A stretch of 64,000 nt of DNA, taken from positions 3,839,600 to 3,903,599 of the forward strand of contig CAJINV010000003.1 of NCBI GenBank assembly GCA_905178155.1, in the 5' to 3' direction. The position numbers and the translations under genes are program-made. Shown here one piece after another: positions 47,750 to 60,000 of the stretch. The DNA comes from Amoebophrya sp. A120. Lineage: Eukaryota > Protista > Dinoflagellata. Numbering within the stretch: position 1 is the stretch's first letter; the number at the start of each line of letters is the position of its first letter. Under the pieces are notes generated by a model. It had not been told where the DNA came from and did not search any database. It saw only the letters and a program-made list of their open reading frames with translations.

Positions 47750-49350
47750 TAGCGGCCCGCTCGCTGCTGCGCAGATAATGGCGCGCGGACTTGCTGAACT
47801 TGTGCAGTTCGTGCGAGCTGCCGGGCCCTGCGTATTCTGCTCAAGCACGCAGGACGGCGCTGCCCGTTTTTCTTGCGTGCCCCCCATTGCGAGCCTGGGA
47901 AGTGGGTGGGCAGCTCGGTGGCGGCGGGCGTCACCGCCCCCAATTTGGAGCGGTTTTGGGTCGGCGCCAAATGTCGCTGGGGCGCGCCTGCACGCGGCGG
48001 CCCGCCCTGTGCAGAGGCCGCAGCATGCGCGAGGAACGCGCCCGCCTGGCTGGGCGCCGACGCGGGCCACCTTCCCATCCGGGTGTGGGAGAATCCTGTG
48101 AGTTTTGGCGCTCCCAGACGACCGGGGGAGGGTAGTCGGGGGCTTGGCAGCCGAACGCGCCGCCCTCGCTCTATGCCCCCCGCCTGCAGAAGGTGGGCAG
48201 CCATTTGGCCGGCGCCGGCGGGCCTCCGAAGTGTCCCGGTGGGCGCGCGATGTCCAGGGGATGCAGACAGGCGGCAATGCCCAGGGCCGCCGCGCGCTTC
48301 GTGGGTGCAGCATACATGTCCCGTGGGCGCGTGGTCTGTGCGCGCGAACAGATGCGGTTGTCGGGCGGGTTTTTGCAGTGCTTCAAGCCGCGCGCCCCGT
48401 GGGATGGCCACCACAAGGCCGCGCCAGCGGGGCCGGCGGGGGCGACCGGGTGGCCTTTGCGAAAGAGCGGCAAGGGGCATGGGATCCATCCGCCGGAAGG
48501 CCAGCGGCGTCGGCCTGGCTCGGCTCTTCTGATTATTGGGAGAACGTCGCGACTTCGTCCATGTATTGGCACAAGCACGCCAGGCCGCACTTGCTGAAGA
48601 ATAGCTGGGGAACATACACGGCGAAACACGCACCAGCTACAACCGCCCCGCGCCACCAGGGCAGGCCTGCGACGCCGGGGCGGGCGGCGCTTCCTTTTTT
48701 CGGGGCGGCCGGCACGAGTCCTCAAGCCAATGTGGCATGCGGCAGGGCCGTCCGGAGTGGCTCATTGTGCTAACGATCGCCCCGCGGAGATCTGTCGCTC
48801 GCCCGGCTTCCCGTCATGCAGGTCAGCGACCTACGGGAGGCGCCGGGCGGGGGGGGGTGACCTCGCTCGCCCAGCCAGGCGCCCCCCGGCCCGCGCCCGT
48901 CGCCTGTGCGATGGGCACGCCGCCCCTCGGGCGGTAGGCCGCTCGTTGTGCCTTGGCCACGTGCGCCCCTGCTAGCTTCCTTCGTTGGGCCGCCCGCCGC
49001 CGTTTCCATTCCGGGAGCCAAGTACCCCCGCGCGCCTTCCTGTGGACCCATGGCGCGCAGCGCGCTGCCTGGCAGCGGGGGGTGGGCCGGGGCTCGCTTC
49101 GGATTTCGCAGCGACCCAGCCCGGAACCTGCCGTATTTATGAATAGCAGGGCGCCCCGGCGGTTTCAGTTTGGCGCGCTGGGCAGGGAGCCTTTCTGTGC
49201 CCGCAGCCTATCAATTTGTTGGCCCCGCACGCCGACCGCCCCCCTTCGCTCAATCTTGTGGGCCCATCGGGGCATTGTTTGCCACCGGGCGGCGCCCGCG
49301 GGTTTGTGCGTGTGTTGTGGGTCCTTTAATTGCAGCCCTAGCGGGAATCC
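47750..49350. other. Second GC-rich island, probably non-coding
   Basis: Same composition and G/C-run character as 110-1700. Only short overlapping R/G/A/P-rich ORFs. Boundaries approximate. Confidence 0.5.
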
Positions 49351-49889
49351 AGATCTGCCCTTAGCGTTCACGAAGGCTACAAAGTGAGGAGCTACAAAGC
49401 ACGCGCGTTACGTGTGCCATGTGCGCCCGGGGTTCTATACTCACCCAGCGTATGGGTACCGTGTTCCCCACTCTCCCGATCCCGCCGTCGTCCGTTAGGA
49501 CTCGCATATATAAAGGTGTATGTCGAAAGCGTCCACGCGATGATTTGTGGTTGGATTTCTATATGCCTTTGTGCTAACAGTAACGCTAAAACGCGCTGTC
49601 GGTGTCTGCTATTATCTCGTATGATTTTCATTTATTCCGAGCTCCGCCCCCGCCGTCGCGAGCCTCAAATATGATCATGAGCGAATCGGAATCAGTCGCG
49701 CCACCCTGACCGCAACGCGGATGCTGGGCCGCTCCGATCGAGTCCTCCTGATTGGCAGCGGTAGTCGGCACCGCTTCATTATGATCACCTTCTCTCGGAT
49801 CAGGTCTAGCTATTTCTATTGAGCGTCGTCAGTCCGTGTCTGCTCCTCATCTGGCAATTCCTCGTTTGAAACTCTCGTGAATTCTCACG

Positions 49890-51683
49890 ATGCAGAGCAG
49901 CAGCATCGGAAAGGTTGCCCCTGCGGAACTGGGGGACACTGCCGCGGCACCGCCACTAGAGCCTGGACCGGTGCTCTTGACTTCTATGGATGACAGCCCC
50001 CCCGGGCAAGGCATGTGTGCTACTTCTTCATCTTCCAGTAGTCGCAGCAAGTCACATTCTTCTGTGATCGAGACTCTGCGAGGGGCCACTGGTTGCCCAC
50101 GCGATGCGGAAGTCTCGAAAGCCGACACCTCCGAAAAAAGTGTCAACATCACGGTTGATCAACACCAGTCCGCAAAAATCGGCATTTCGCAGGGAGTTTC
50201 GCCTAGCGAGGACGCAGGTAGAGTTACGAGCCCTGCAAAAGAACAAGCAGCATCAGTTACAACGGAGCCAAAAGAAAGCATTGGTCGCAAACACGCAAGG
50301 AGACTGGCACTGATCATTACGGATCGCGAAACGGTAGACTTGGAGTTACAGCGCATTCGCGAACTACAAGAAGCGGGCGGTACGGCCTACGCGAAATTCG
50401 TCGACAAGCTCACATTCTTCGGGGCGGTCATTTTCATCCTCACATTTGTCTTCCTGCTGTTCGGAGACCACAAGTGGCTTTTTCTCTACCTCCACACGAT
50501 CACCTTTTGCGGGCTCTATCTGTACCGCTGGTGGACATACAGAAAGTTCAGGTGTGGAAGAGACGCTCACTTTGTTTAGATGGTGAAACTTGTTGTATTC
50601 TTATTCGTTTGAGTTCTTGTCTTATTGGAATAACTTTTTTCCGGAGAAGCTGCAGCGCGCCGAGAGTATACGTAAAGAATAAATGTTTGAAAAAACTATG
50701 ACCAGGTATCAGTTTTTTCTGCTGGACATGTGTTACTTCGGCAACTTTGTACTCTTGGTTTACGTCTGGATTCTCCCTGGCGTTCCCGAGTTGTTTACCA
50801 TCTCCTTCGCCATGGCGACGGGCCCGCTGGCCACCGCGGTCTTTCTCTTCCGCAACAGTTTGGTTTTTCATTCGATAGACAAACTGACTTCCTGCTTCGT
50901 TCACGTCGCGCCTTTCTTCGCCTGCCTATTGATCCGGCACTACCCTCTGCAGTTGGAGTACGGACCCTCATTGCAGCCGGGCGCGAAGGGATTTTTTACC
51001 ACGGAGTACGGGTGCCATTCGTCGGAGTCTGCATTTGTGGTCCGCAGTTCCGATCCGACTTCTGCAGAAAATAAAGCGGGCACCAGTGCCGGTGGAGATA
51101 TTTTCCGTGGCACGCAATTTCGATTCGCGGTGCCGGAAAAATTGACGATAGGCACCGTGTTGCTCTGGCCGTCGCTATACTACCTCGGCCACCTCGCTTT
51201 CTACGTCGTTACCATCACGCTCTTTCTTCCTGCCGATCCCAGCTATCTCACACTCTACAGGTAAAGATATTTGTTCTACGCCTTTAGATTTTTGCCAGGA
51301 CGCACTGCCCTACTAGATTAGGTTTTTCAGAGTGGCTCTTTCCCGCTCTCATCACGTTGACTGTTACGAAAGAGGCGCGATTCATCGGGACACTCGGCTG
51401 TACCACCGTCTTCAATTTCAGGTACGTCATGTCTACTCCGAAGAAGCGACAACCCTGGGCGATGTTCCCCGGAGGGGACCGGTGGCTATGGTTTTGGTAC
51501 GGCCTGATCCACTTTCTGTGCTCCGTGCTCGCGTTTGCACCAGCTCTGCTCTGGTATTACAGTGCGGAAAGTATGCTGCTACTCGGCCTTTTTCTCATAG
51601 CAATCACAGCCTGGAACGGGGCTAATTTTTACATTGAAGTCTTCCAGCGCGATCCGTCCAAGCCGAAGAGGCAGTCGCGGTAG
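49890..51683 (+). CDS. GPC1: Glycerophosphocholine acyltransferase (Gpc1/DUF2838 family), multi-pass membrane protein
   Basis: Exons 49890-50551, 50706-51260, 51422-51683. Motifs DKLTF, RWWTY, FLLDMCYFGN, GPLATAVFLFRNSLVFHSIDKLTSCFVH and WNGANFYIEVF. Confidence 0.88.
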
Positions 51684-54023
51684 GTCTCTTCTCTCTACAG
51701 GAGCGTCTGCGTTCTGATCGCACAAGCGTCGACACTAAAAAGCGTACTTAGGCGTTCATTCTGTAATTCTAATTTATGCGAAAACTTTCTGCTGGATCGG
51801 CCGCATGTTCATGTTTCTTCCAAGTGAAAGCTAGAACAATGTTTTTAGAATGACGTCGTAATAAAAAGATGAAACAAGCTCAAGCTGTTCGCGACACGCA
51901 AAGTGTAGAAGTCGAGTACCTCTCAAAACAATCGTTTGTAAAAAACGCAACGCTGTTGACTTTGGTTTTTGAGATGAAGCGCACTTCATGCAGAAGATGC
52001 AGACTTTTTGCAGAAGATGAGGACTTTTTGCAGCAGAAAAGCTGAAAATCGAATCAAGAACATCAAGGAACGAACTTGTGTCAAAAAGAAAGATCAAATC
52101 GAGCCGAAACCTGACCGCTAAGGGCAATCGAGCACGGCATTCGCATTGCGACATCCTATTCTTCAGGTCTGTGAAGTGTTTCCGTTAAAAAGAGACGTGC
52201 AATTGTGCTGTGTTGATACAGAAGATGAGCGTGCGTATTACAACATTGTAGCATGTGTGTTTGACATGCGGAAGGCATGAAAATTCCACAGAAATTTTTT
52301 GAAGCGACTTCAGACCAGAGCACAGCTAGTATTGCGTTACAACAACGACGTCACTAAAAAAGATAGAGCAGCAGCAGCGCCCGTCGCATCCGCGTGCGCA
52401 CATGTCTACTTTGCTTCGCATTCCAATTTCCATCTTCAAAAGACGATGCACGATGACCCTGCAAAGATCCACACTCTTTCCATACCTCCTCCTTCATGCT
52501 GCACAGCAAGTTCCATTTCCAAACTGTTGAATGAGCGATGAAGGTGATGTACCAATCTCCTTATTTTCATCAGGAAGGATACACGCAATTCCAATTCCTT
52601 TTCATCAAACCATTCTTTGTGGTCGTGCTGCTAGGACTCACGTCCGCAGTGGTTGTTTCATTCAAACATGTTGAATTTTCAAACAAACAGATCGACAGGT
52701 AGGGGATTTTTGTTGTTGTAATGACGTACCATAAAGAATGTGTCGGAGTGTGGATGTGGTAAAGATATTCGAGAACAAGATGAATATGGAAGCAGTTGTT
52801 CTCTACTAGCAGTAGAACGACTCTCGATAGGACTTGTAACATTTTGCTGAAGACGGAGACCATATCGCTGTATCTTGTCCGCATCTTGACGACGGCCGGA
52901 ATCGAGCAATAAAATATTGCTTGCTCGGCACGACTAAGCATTCCGCTATTGAACGTTAGAAGGTCACTATCAAAACAAGAATTTCTCGCCCGTCGATAAA
53001 AAAACCTCCTGTCTGTACTTTCAATTTTTCAGCCCCGTAGTGTTTGATCTAGTACTTTCCTACTTCTCACTGGGGGTGCTCAAGAACACAGGTTTATTTT
53101 GTCTTTCCGTTTAATCTAGAAGTGCTCAATCTCAATTTTCTTCATATCGTCCGCTGATTTCTTTCTAATCTTGCGCAAAAAAACAAATTCACCGTAAAAG
53201 TTGTAGAAATTCAAATTTCAAATTGTATTTATTCTTGTAAGCAACTACTCATTTTTCTCTTCTTTTCCGTGTTTCGTATCTCATTCTGCGAATTGTGTTT
53301 CGACGTTCTATTGGTATAGTGGTCCCGTTCGAGCAGTTGATGCAGGAGTAGCTTCGAACGCAATAGAAATACAAAAAACTACAAAAAAAAAACATTTACC
53401 TTTTTGCACTGAGCAACCGACGTCGATTTCTGGTATACTCAGGGCGAGAGCCGAGGCCGACACAAGAGAGCCGCGTCCTGTGACCATACTCAGAACGAGT
53501 CAGCCGCCTCAGTAGAATATCCGTATGTAACTCTATTCAACTGGTGTCAACAACAAAGCGCATTGCTGCCTGTCAATACCCTTTGTCTGTCGACAAGTTG
53601 TACCAACCTAAGCTTCAAAATCTATTTGATTGTCAATGTACCATGCTCTTACTGGACAAAATATTTATAGAAACCTTTTAGACTTTGTAAAACAACTTTT
53701 GAACTAGGACTACACTTCTACTACTAATTCATTTCCGTAAAGGCATTAGTCATCAGCTTCTGCTTGTGATTTTTGTCGTTGCGTTCTACTATTACTTCGA
53801 TTCGTTTCTTGTTTTTGCGCTAACATCTTTATACCTTTTGGTAAACATTTGTTGCGAAGAATATCGTGCGGTTTTCATGTGACCGCTCAATATATATAAG
53901 TACTACTGCTGCACGTGAACGTATTTTTTTGCCTACACGTGCGTTACCGGCTGCTCATCTTCATCTACAATACGCCACCAAGCTGTTCTGTTGAGATCCC
54001 TTACTCGATTCCCTTCCGCTCGG

Positions 54024-57000
54024 ATGTCGGCTGCCACGACGTCTTTTCCGCCAGCCTTTACTGCCCCTGGCGCAGCAGGAGACGGCAACGGCAGACCTGC
54101 GACAGGTGGGATGGACGGCAACGCCAGTGTCCTTGCGGCGCAGCCGCAGTTCGGCTTTGATCAACATCACTTGCAACAGCAGCAGCCCGTGTCAACTACT
54201 GCCACAACGGCGGGGCCGGTGGGAACGCTTTCGAGCACAAACATCTCAAATTTCACCCAAGCCGCAGGCGGCAATCTTGGCGTAGCACCCAACAGCACGA
54301 CAACGGCGCAGCAGATGCAGGTTTCCCAGCAGACGCAGCAGCACGTCGGCTCGTCCGGTTTGTTCAACGCCAGCGCGAGTAGCAATATCATGGTCAACGG
54401 CACGACGCCGCAGCAACAGGGGCAGCAGACAGTAAACGGTGGCGCGGCTACTTCTACGGTGCAACAGCAGCAGGGACAACAACCTCCATTGCACCAGCCG
54501 CGGCTAATACCACTGCCCATGCCGCCGCAGATCAATCCGGATCAAGTCACGACACAGCAGCTGCAGATCCTGCAACAGCAGCAGCAGCAGGCAATGCGCC
54601 CGCAGCAGCAGCACCAGCAGCAGCAAGGGATGCTGCACGTGCAACAGGGAGGACCGCAACTCGGGGCGGGTCAGAACCATCTACAGGTGTTCGATCCGCA
54701 GCAGAGCCACAGTTTGCAGCTATCCTGAGTAAAAACGTACCCACACCAGAGTCAAGATGGCCATTTTGCAACACAAACCTAGAACCTTTGGGGGTCACGC
54801 ATCACAAGTTGCAGTCCGTAGTGTAGTGCAGGTTCGCAAGGCCAGCTGCATCAGAAACCCATCTGCTCATCCTGTTTACAGCATTACAAATTCCAAAACA
54901 CGATTGGAAATGGCTCTCATGAGGATGCGCATTACAAGTCTTCCCGTCTTTGCAAATCTGCATGACAACTCTGGTGTGGGTACGTTTTTACTCAGGATAG
55001 CAGCAGTTCGGCGCACAGCCGTTCAATCCGGCGCAGTTGTATCACACAGAAAAAAGCTGGCAGGTCACATTTGTAATGCAAAAATAAATACACAAAAAAA
55101 ATCTGTATTGCGTATCCTAAACAGCATGCTATGAGGCCGCCCATGGCAGATTTTTCTGTGTATTTATTGTTGCATTACAAATATGCCCTGCCAGCTTTTT
55201 TCTGTGGGATAAGTTGAACGGATTGCAAGGTACTATGGTCGATCAACAGCAGAGCCAGCAGCTGCAACATCAGTCGTTGCTCAACCTAGATCACCTTCAT
55301 AACGCAGTCGGCGGCATGGGCATGCACCAGCAGATGTCGTCGACGTCTGCGGCGTCCTCCACCAACAATCCCGGGGGTTCATCTGCCGCCGCACCACCCT
55401 TCAAGCCTTCCTCAACTTGGAATACCCAGGCGGTGGACTTCGTGCCGCAACTACCACAGAACCGCAACATAGGCGCGGTGCAGTTAGACGTCGCCAGCAG
55501 CTGCCTGCCCTCCCTGCCCAATAGTGCAGCGGACCAGAAAAGTACGCCCGACACTGTAGCGTCCACGGCGGAAAATAGTCAGCAGCAGAGCAGCACGTCT
55601 GGGTCGACCGTTCCGCCACCCCCGCCGCCGCCGCCAGGGAATGGTACTACTACCGACGCCCAGGCGCAACAACTCGACGCCAGCAAAGTGGTTGAGAGCA
55701 ACAACATGATGGGCGGTAGTGGTTCTTGTACAACGAATAACAATAACCTGGTGCAGCTGGTGCAACAACAGCAGCCAGAGTCTGGTGCAACGATGGCCGC
55801 GAGTGGCTTGATGATGGAGAATACAGCCACCGCACAGGACGCTGGAGGTACAGGCGGTGGCACAAGCGGCCTCGAAAATCAGCAAGCAAGTAATCCAAAT
55901 ATTAACGGGGCGGCCGCGGAACAGCAGGATCAGCTCGTCTCAAGTAGCGGTACTAGCAACAGCAACAATGCCGGTCCGCAGCAGCAACCTGGAGGAGGTC
56001 CTTCCTCGGGTGCAGGTGCTAGCAACGGGTCAGGGGTCTTGATGCCTGGTCAGCAACAGCTGCAACAGCTCCTGGCTCAACAACAGCAGAGCAATATTCC
56101 GAGCGGTGGCTATGGCTCGTTGAACGTGGGAACAAATCAGGCACCTGGAGCGCAACATCTCCAGCACCTGCAGCAGCCACACGCAGTGGCAGGCCAAAAC
56201 AACAATCCGTCGGGCGGGGGTATGATTTTCAACGAGGTTTTAGACCAGAACAGCTTGCAGCTCGGCTCGACTAGCATGTTGGGCACGACACAACTCGGGA
56301 GTAACTTTTCCGGCACCAGCAACATGCTGGACCAGAATGGTGGTAATAATTTCGGGATGAACAATGCGCCCCCGCAGCAGCAGCAACAACAGCCGTTCGG
56401 AAACTCAGCGGACCAGGTGATTTCTCAGCACAACTCGCAGTTCAACATGGGAAACACTACCAACACGACGCTACTGTCATTACCGCAACAGGGCGTCGTA
56501 TCAAGTAACAGCATGCAGCTCGACAATGGGCAAAGCAACATAGGGGCAGAAGGCGGCGGCAACAATTCCTTCTTGGGTAGTGGTGGCGGCGTGGTGAGCC
56601 AGGCACAGTACAACAGTTTCCTGCAAGCCCAGCAGCAGCACCAGCTGCTCGGCAACATGGGCGGTAGTGGCGCCAGCGGGAGTAATCTTATGCCTTTGCA
56701 TGCAGGGAACTTGACTCTCGAACAGCAGCAGCAATTGCTACAGGCTAGCAACAATCAGCAGCAAAATCTCGGCCTGCTCAACTTGAACAGCGGCGGACCG
56801 CAAAGCATAGCGCTCGCACAGCAGCAGCAGCAGCAGCAGCAGCAGCAAACACAAGAACATCAGCTTCAGCAGCACAGCCTTGTGCAGCAACAGCAAGGGA
56901 ACAATAACACAGCATCTGCGAGCAGCCGTGGTCTCAACGCGAACAGCGTTGCGTTTCAGCCGATGCAATCACAGCAGGTCCGAGATCAACAGCAGTCGCA

Positions 57001-60000
57001 GCCGTTCAGTGGGCAACAGTGGATGGGCGTAACGCAGCAGCAGCAGCACCAACAGATGATAGAAAACTCAAGCAATTATTGCCACAATTCTGCGGCTTCT
57101 CGTGGCGTTGGTGCGGGCCAGGCCGCCCAGGGCTTCGCTAATATGGGCGGTGTCGCAAATAACATGAGCAATGCTATGAGCGACATGAACAACGCATCCT
57201 CGTCGAACACCGGCAACGCTGGATTTTTAGGCTCCAGCACAAGTGCCTCGACCTCCTGTGCCACGAACAACGGTATGCAGCAGCAGGAGCAATTTAGTGA
57301 TGCCGCCAAGAACCGACAAGAGTTTGTGAATGAAATCGATTTGCAATTCAAGCTTCCGGAGGGGTGTCCCGGAGTGTTCAATCTTCCGGATCGCTCGCAG
57401 CCCCTGCAAATGGGCCAGCAACTCACAACGTTGCCAACGAACACCAGCCAAAGTCTGGCCTACGGTGGTGGAGGACCATCGTCCGGACAAAATAACTCGA
57501 CGCAGCATCAAATGCACCAGCAGCCAAATTCATTATCACACGGCGCTGCTGGTGGCCAACATCAAAATCTAGGCGCGTCGGCCTCGTCGTCGGAACCGCA
57601 GCAGCACCAGCAAGGGCAACAAATATTCGGCGGACCGGGGATCGGTCAATCGCAGCCCGACCTGTCACAGCACCCGATGGCCGCGAGCAGTGGACAACAT
57701 CAAGCGCAGATGCTGCAGGGAGGTGGACAAGGTGGACAACAGCACCAGCAATTTCAGCATCATCAGCCTCCAGCTTCGCATGCAAATCACTACAACAGCT
57801 TGCCCGGGTCGGCAGGCGGAGCGCAAATGCAGCAGCAGCAGCAGGCTGGAACGAACACGTTCAACGTGGGTGTTGTCGGCCACAACGCGCCCGAACAATC
57901 CGTGGCAGGACAACTCAGCAGGATGAATAGCGTGTCCGCCAACAACAACCATTCTTACCACAACCAGCAGGCGATGTTGAACCATGGTGGAACATCAAAC
58001 ACGAACTACAATAACTCGACCAGCAGCTCGACGGGCGGCCCTTCGGGCGGCCAGCAGCATCACCATCAGGGTAGAAACAACTACTACAACAACTCCCAGC
58101 ACTCGCACTCGCAGAGTGGTCACCACGGCTCGTCGTTTCAAGCGGGTCCGCACGAAGGCCGGGGCCACCACGGAGGGGGCAAGAGCGGCCACGGGTATAA
58201 TTATCACCAGCAGTACAACGAGCGGAGACAAGGCTCCATGAGCAAATACCAGCAGCACGAAAAGGGAGGTGGCGGCAGAGGGGGGCCCCAACATGATCAT
58301 GCTGACAAGGGCGACATGAAGGGCGGGAAAAACAACAGGAACCACAGCCTGCCGCACGTGCAGTCGTCCACGTTGCACCAGCACTCAAGCTCGCACCAGC
58401 AGTCGTGGCGACAGCAGCAGGGCATGCAGCTCGGGGGCGGGCCGAACAACATCAACGGCAATCCTTCGGATCAACATCAGCAGCAGCACCAGCCACGGGT
58501 TCGCCACCAGCAACAAACCTGCTTCGCACTCCCCGCACAGCACGCCACGCAGACGAGCTCCTGCAGTAGCGCTGCAGCGGTAGCAGGGTCTTTGACGCAG
58601 CAGACGGCTCAACAAGTAAACACGACGAGTTGCACAACTAGTAGACCCCCGGGAGGGCATGGGCAGCAGCTGCAGCAGGCTCCTCCCCTTCCACCACAGA
58701 CAGGGGTCGTTGAGCAAGACCACGATATTCTGCTGCGGAGCCAAACGAGACTCTGTGACCTGATCGACTCCAGCTCCACAGAAGACACCGAGGAGCAGCG
58801 GTCACGGCGCGAGTCAAATGGGGCGGCGCGCGGGGACGGCAGCACCGCCACCAGTAACAGAAAGTTACTGCACGCAGGTTCCTCGCATCAAATGGGGCAT
58901 CTTCCCGGCACCGTTGCGCTCTCTTCGGTGACCACGACGGGTTCAGACCAGTACAAGGACTATGGTACAGCAGCCAGCAAAGGCACGAGGACGGCCAAGA
59001 GCAATCACCTGCGCGACATTTCGCAGCACGAAATCAATGAAGTCGTGCGGCGCGTGCCTGTGCAGGATAGCGGATCCTATGAGAAGGACGGCTATGGTGC
59101 TTCTGCCACGACGAGTGGCAATCTTGCCGGGCTGGAAGTATACGTCATTTTTGTACATAACGATATCGATAGGGATTTTTTATACCAATTTCAATGCACG
59201 GTCTCTTCGTCTTTTTAGCTCGTTCTTGTGGGATGCACTCTGTAGCTGCACAGCTTCTTAGTTCCCTGTGCCTAAATCAAATTGTAACTGTTACTCACCC
59301 TCTCAGCGGCGCGGGACAGCAAGCAGCATGATGGACGGGCGGCACGTGGAACCGCGAGCTGACCGTAGGAATGAAATGAATGAAACGGGAATAGCTGCCG
59401 GAAAGGGTACTGCAGAGAACTTTGGTCATAGAGAAATTTTCTTCGTAGAAAATGGCTCCTCGCAGATAGATACTTACCCCACACCTGCTTGACATATGAT
59501 CGCAACAGAGCTCGCAGTATTTCTACAAATGATGGAAAGGGCGGAAACATAAAGATAGAGGCCATGTCACTTGTTGCATTTGCAGCTAGTACCACTTTTT
59601 TTCCGTTCAAATAGCGCTTGTCACAACTACTTTTTGGTTTCGTTCGCGTGTCTTCACAGGTACAGTGACTACAAACGACACCCGCACCACTGATCAACCC
59701 AGTGGTAATTTCGCGGCCACCGGCTTCTACGCTCCGGCTGTACCCGAGCCTCCCAAACCGCCAAAACTTGGCAAAGATTGCGACGGGCTGGACGCGGATG
59801 CGCGGGAGCTCATGGAGGCTTTGGTAACGCTGAACGAAAAGCAGGAGCACCGGGGTTTGAAGCACAAGAATGCGCTTTTCCGGGCGATGAAGAGGCTGAA
59901 AGAGATCGGTGAGGAGAAGAGCAAGGCGGGGCCGAACAACCCGGCGGGCGCCGCCACCGCCTGGGGAAATTGGAACAAGAAGGTGTCAAAAAAGGATCAG

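Noticed and set aside
51990-52035. Two copies of a 20-bp unit (GCAGAAGATGxxGACTTTTT)
   Set aside because: Simple local duplication in intergenic DNA with no further structure.
53311-53335. tRNA-like words TTGGTATAGTGGT and GTTCGAG
   Set aside because: Too close together, with no acceptor or anticodon stems.
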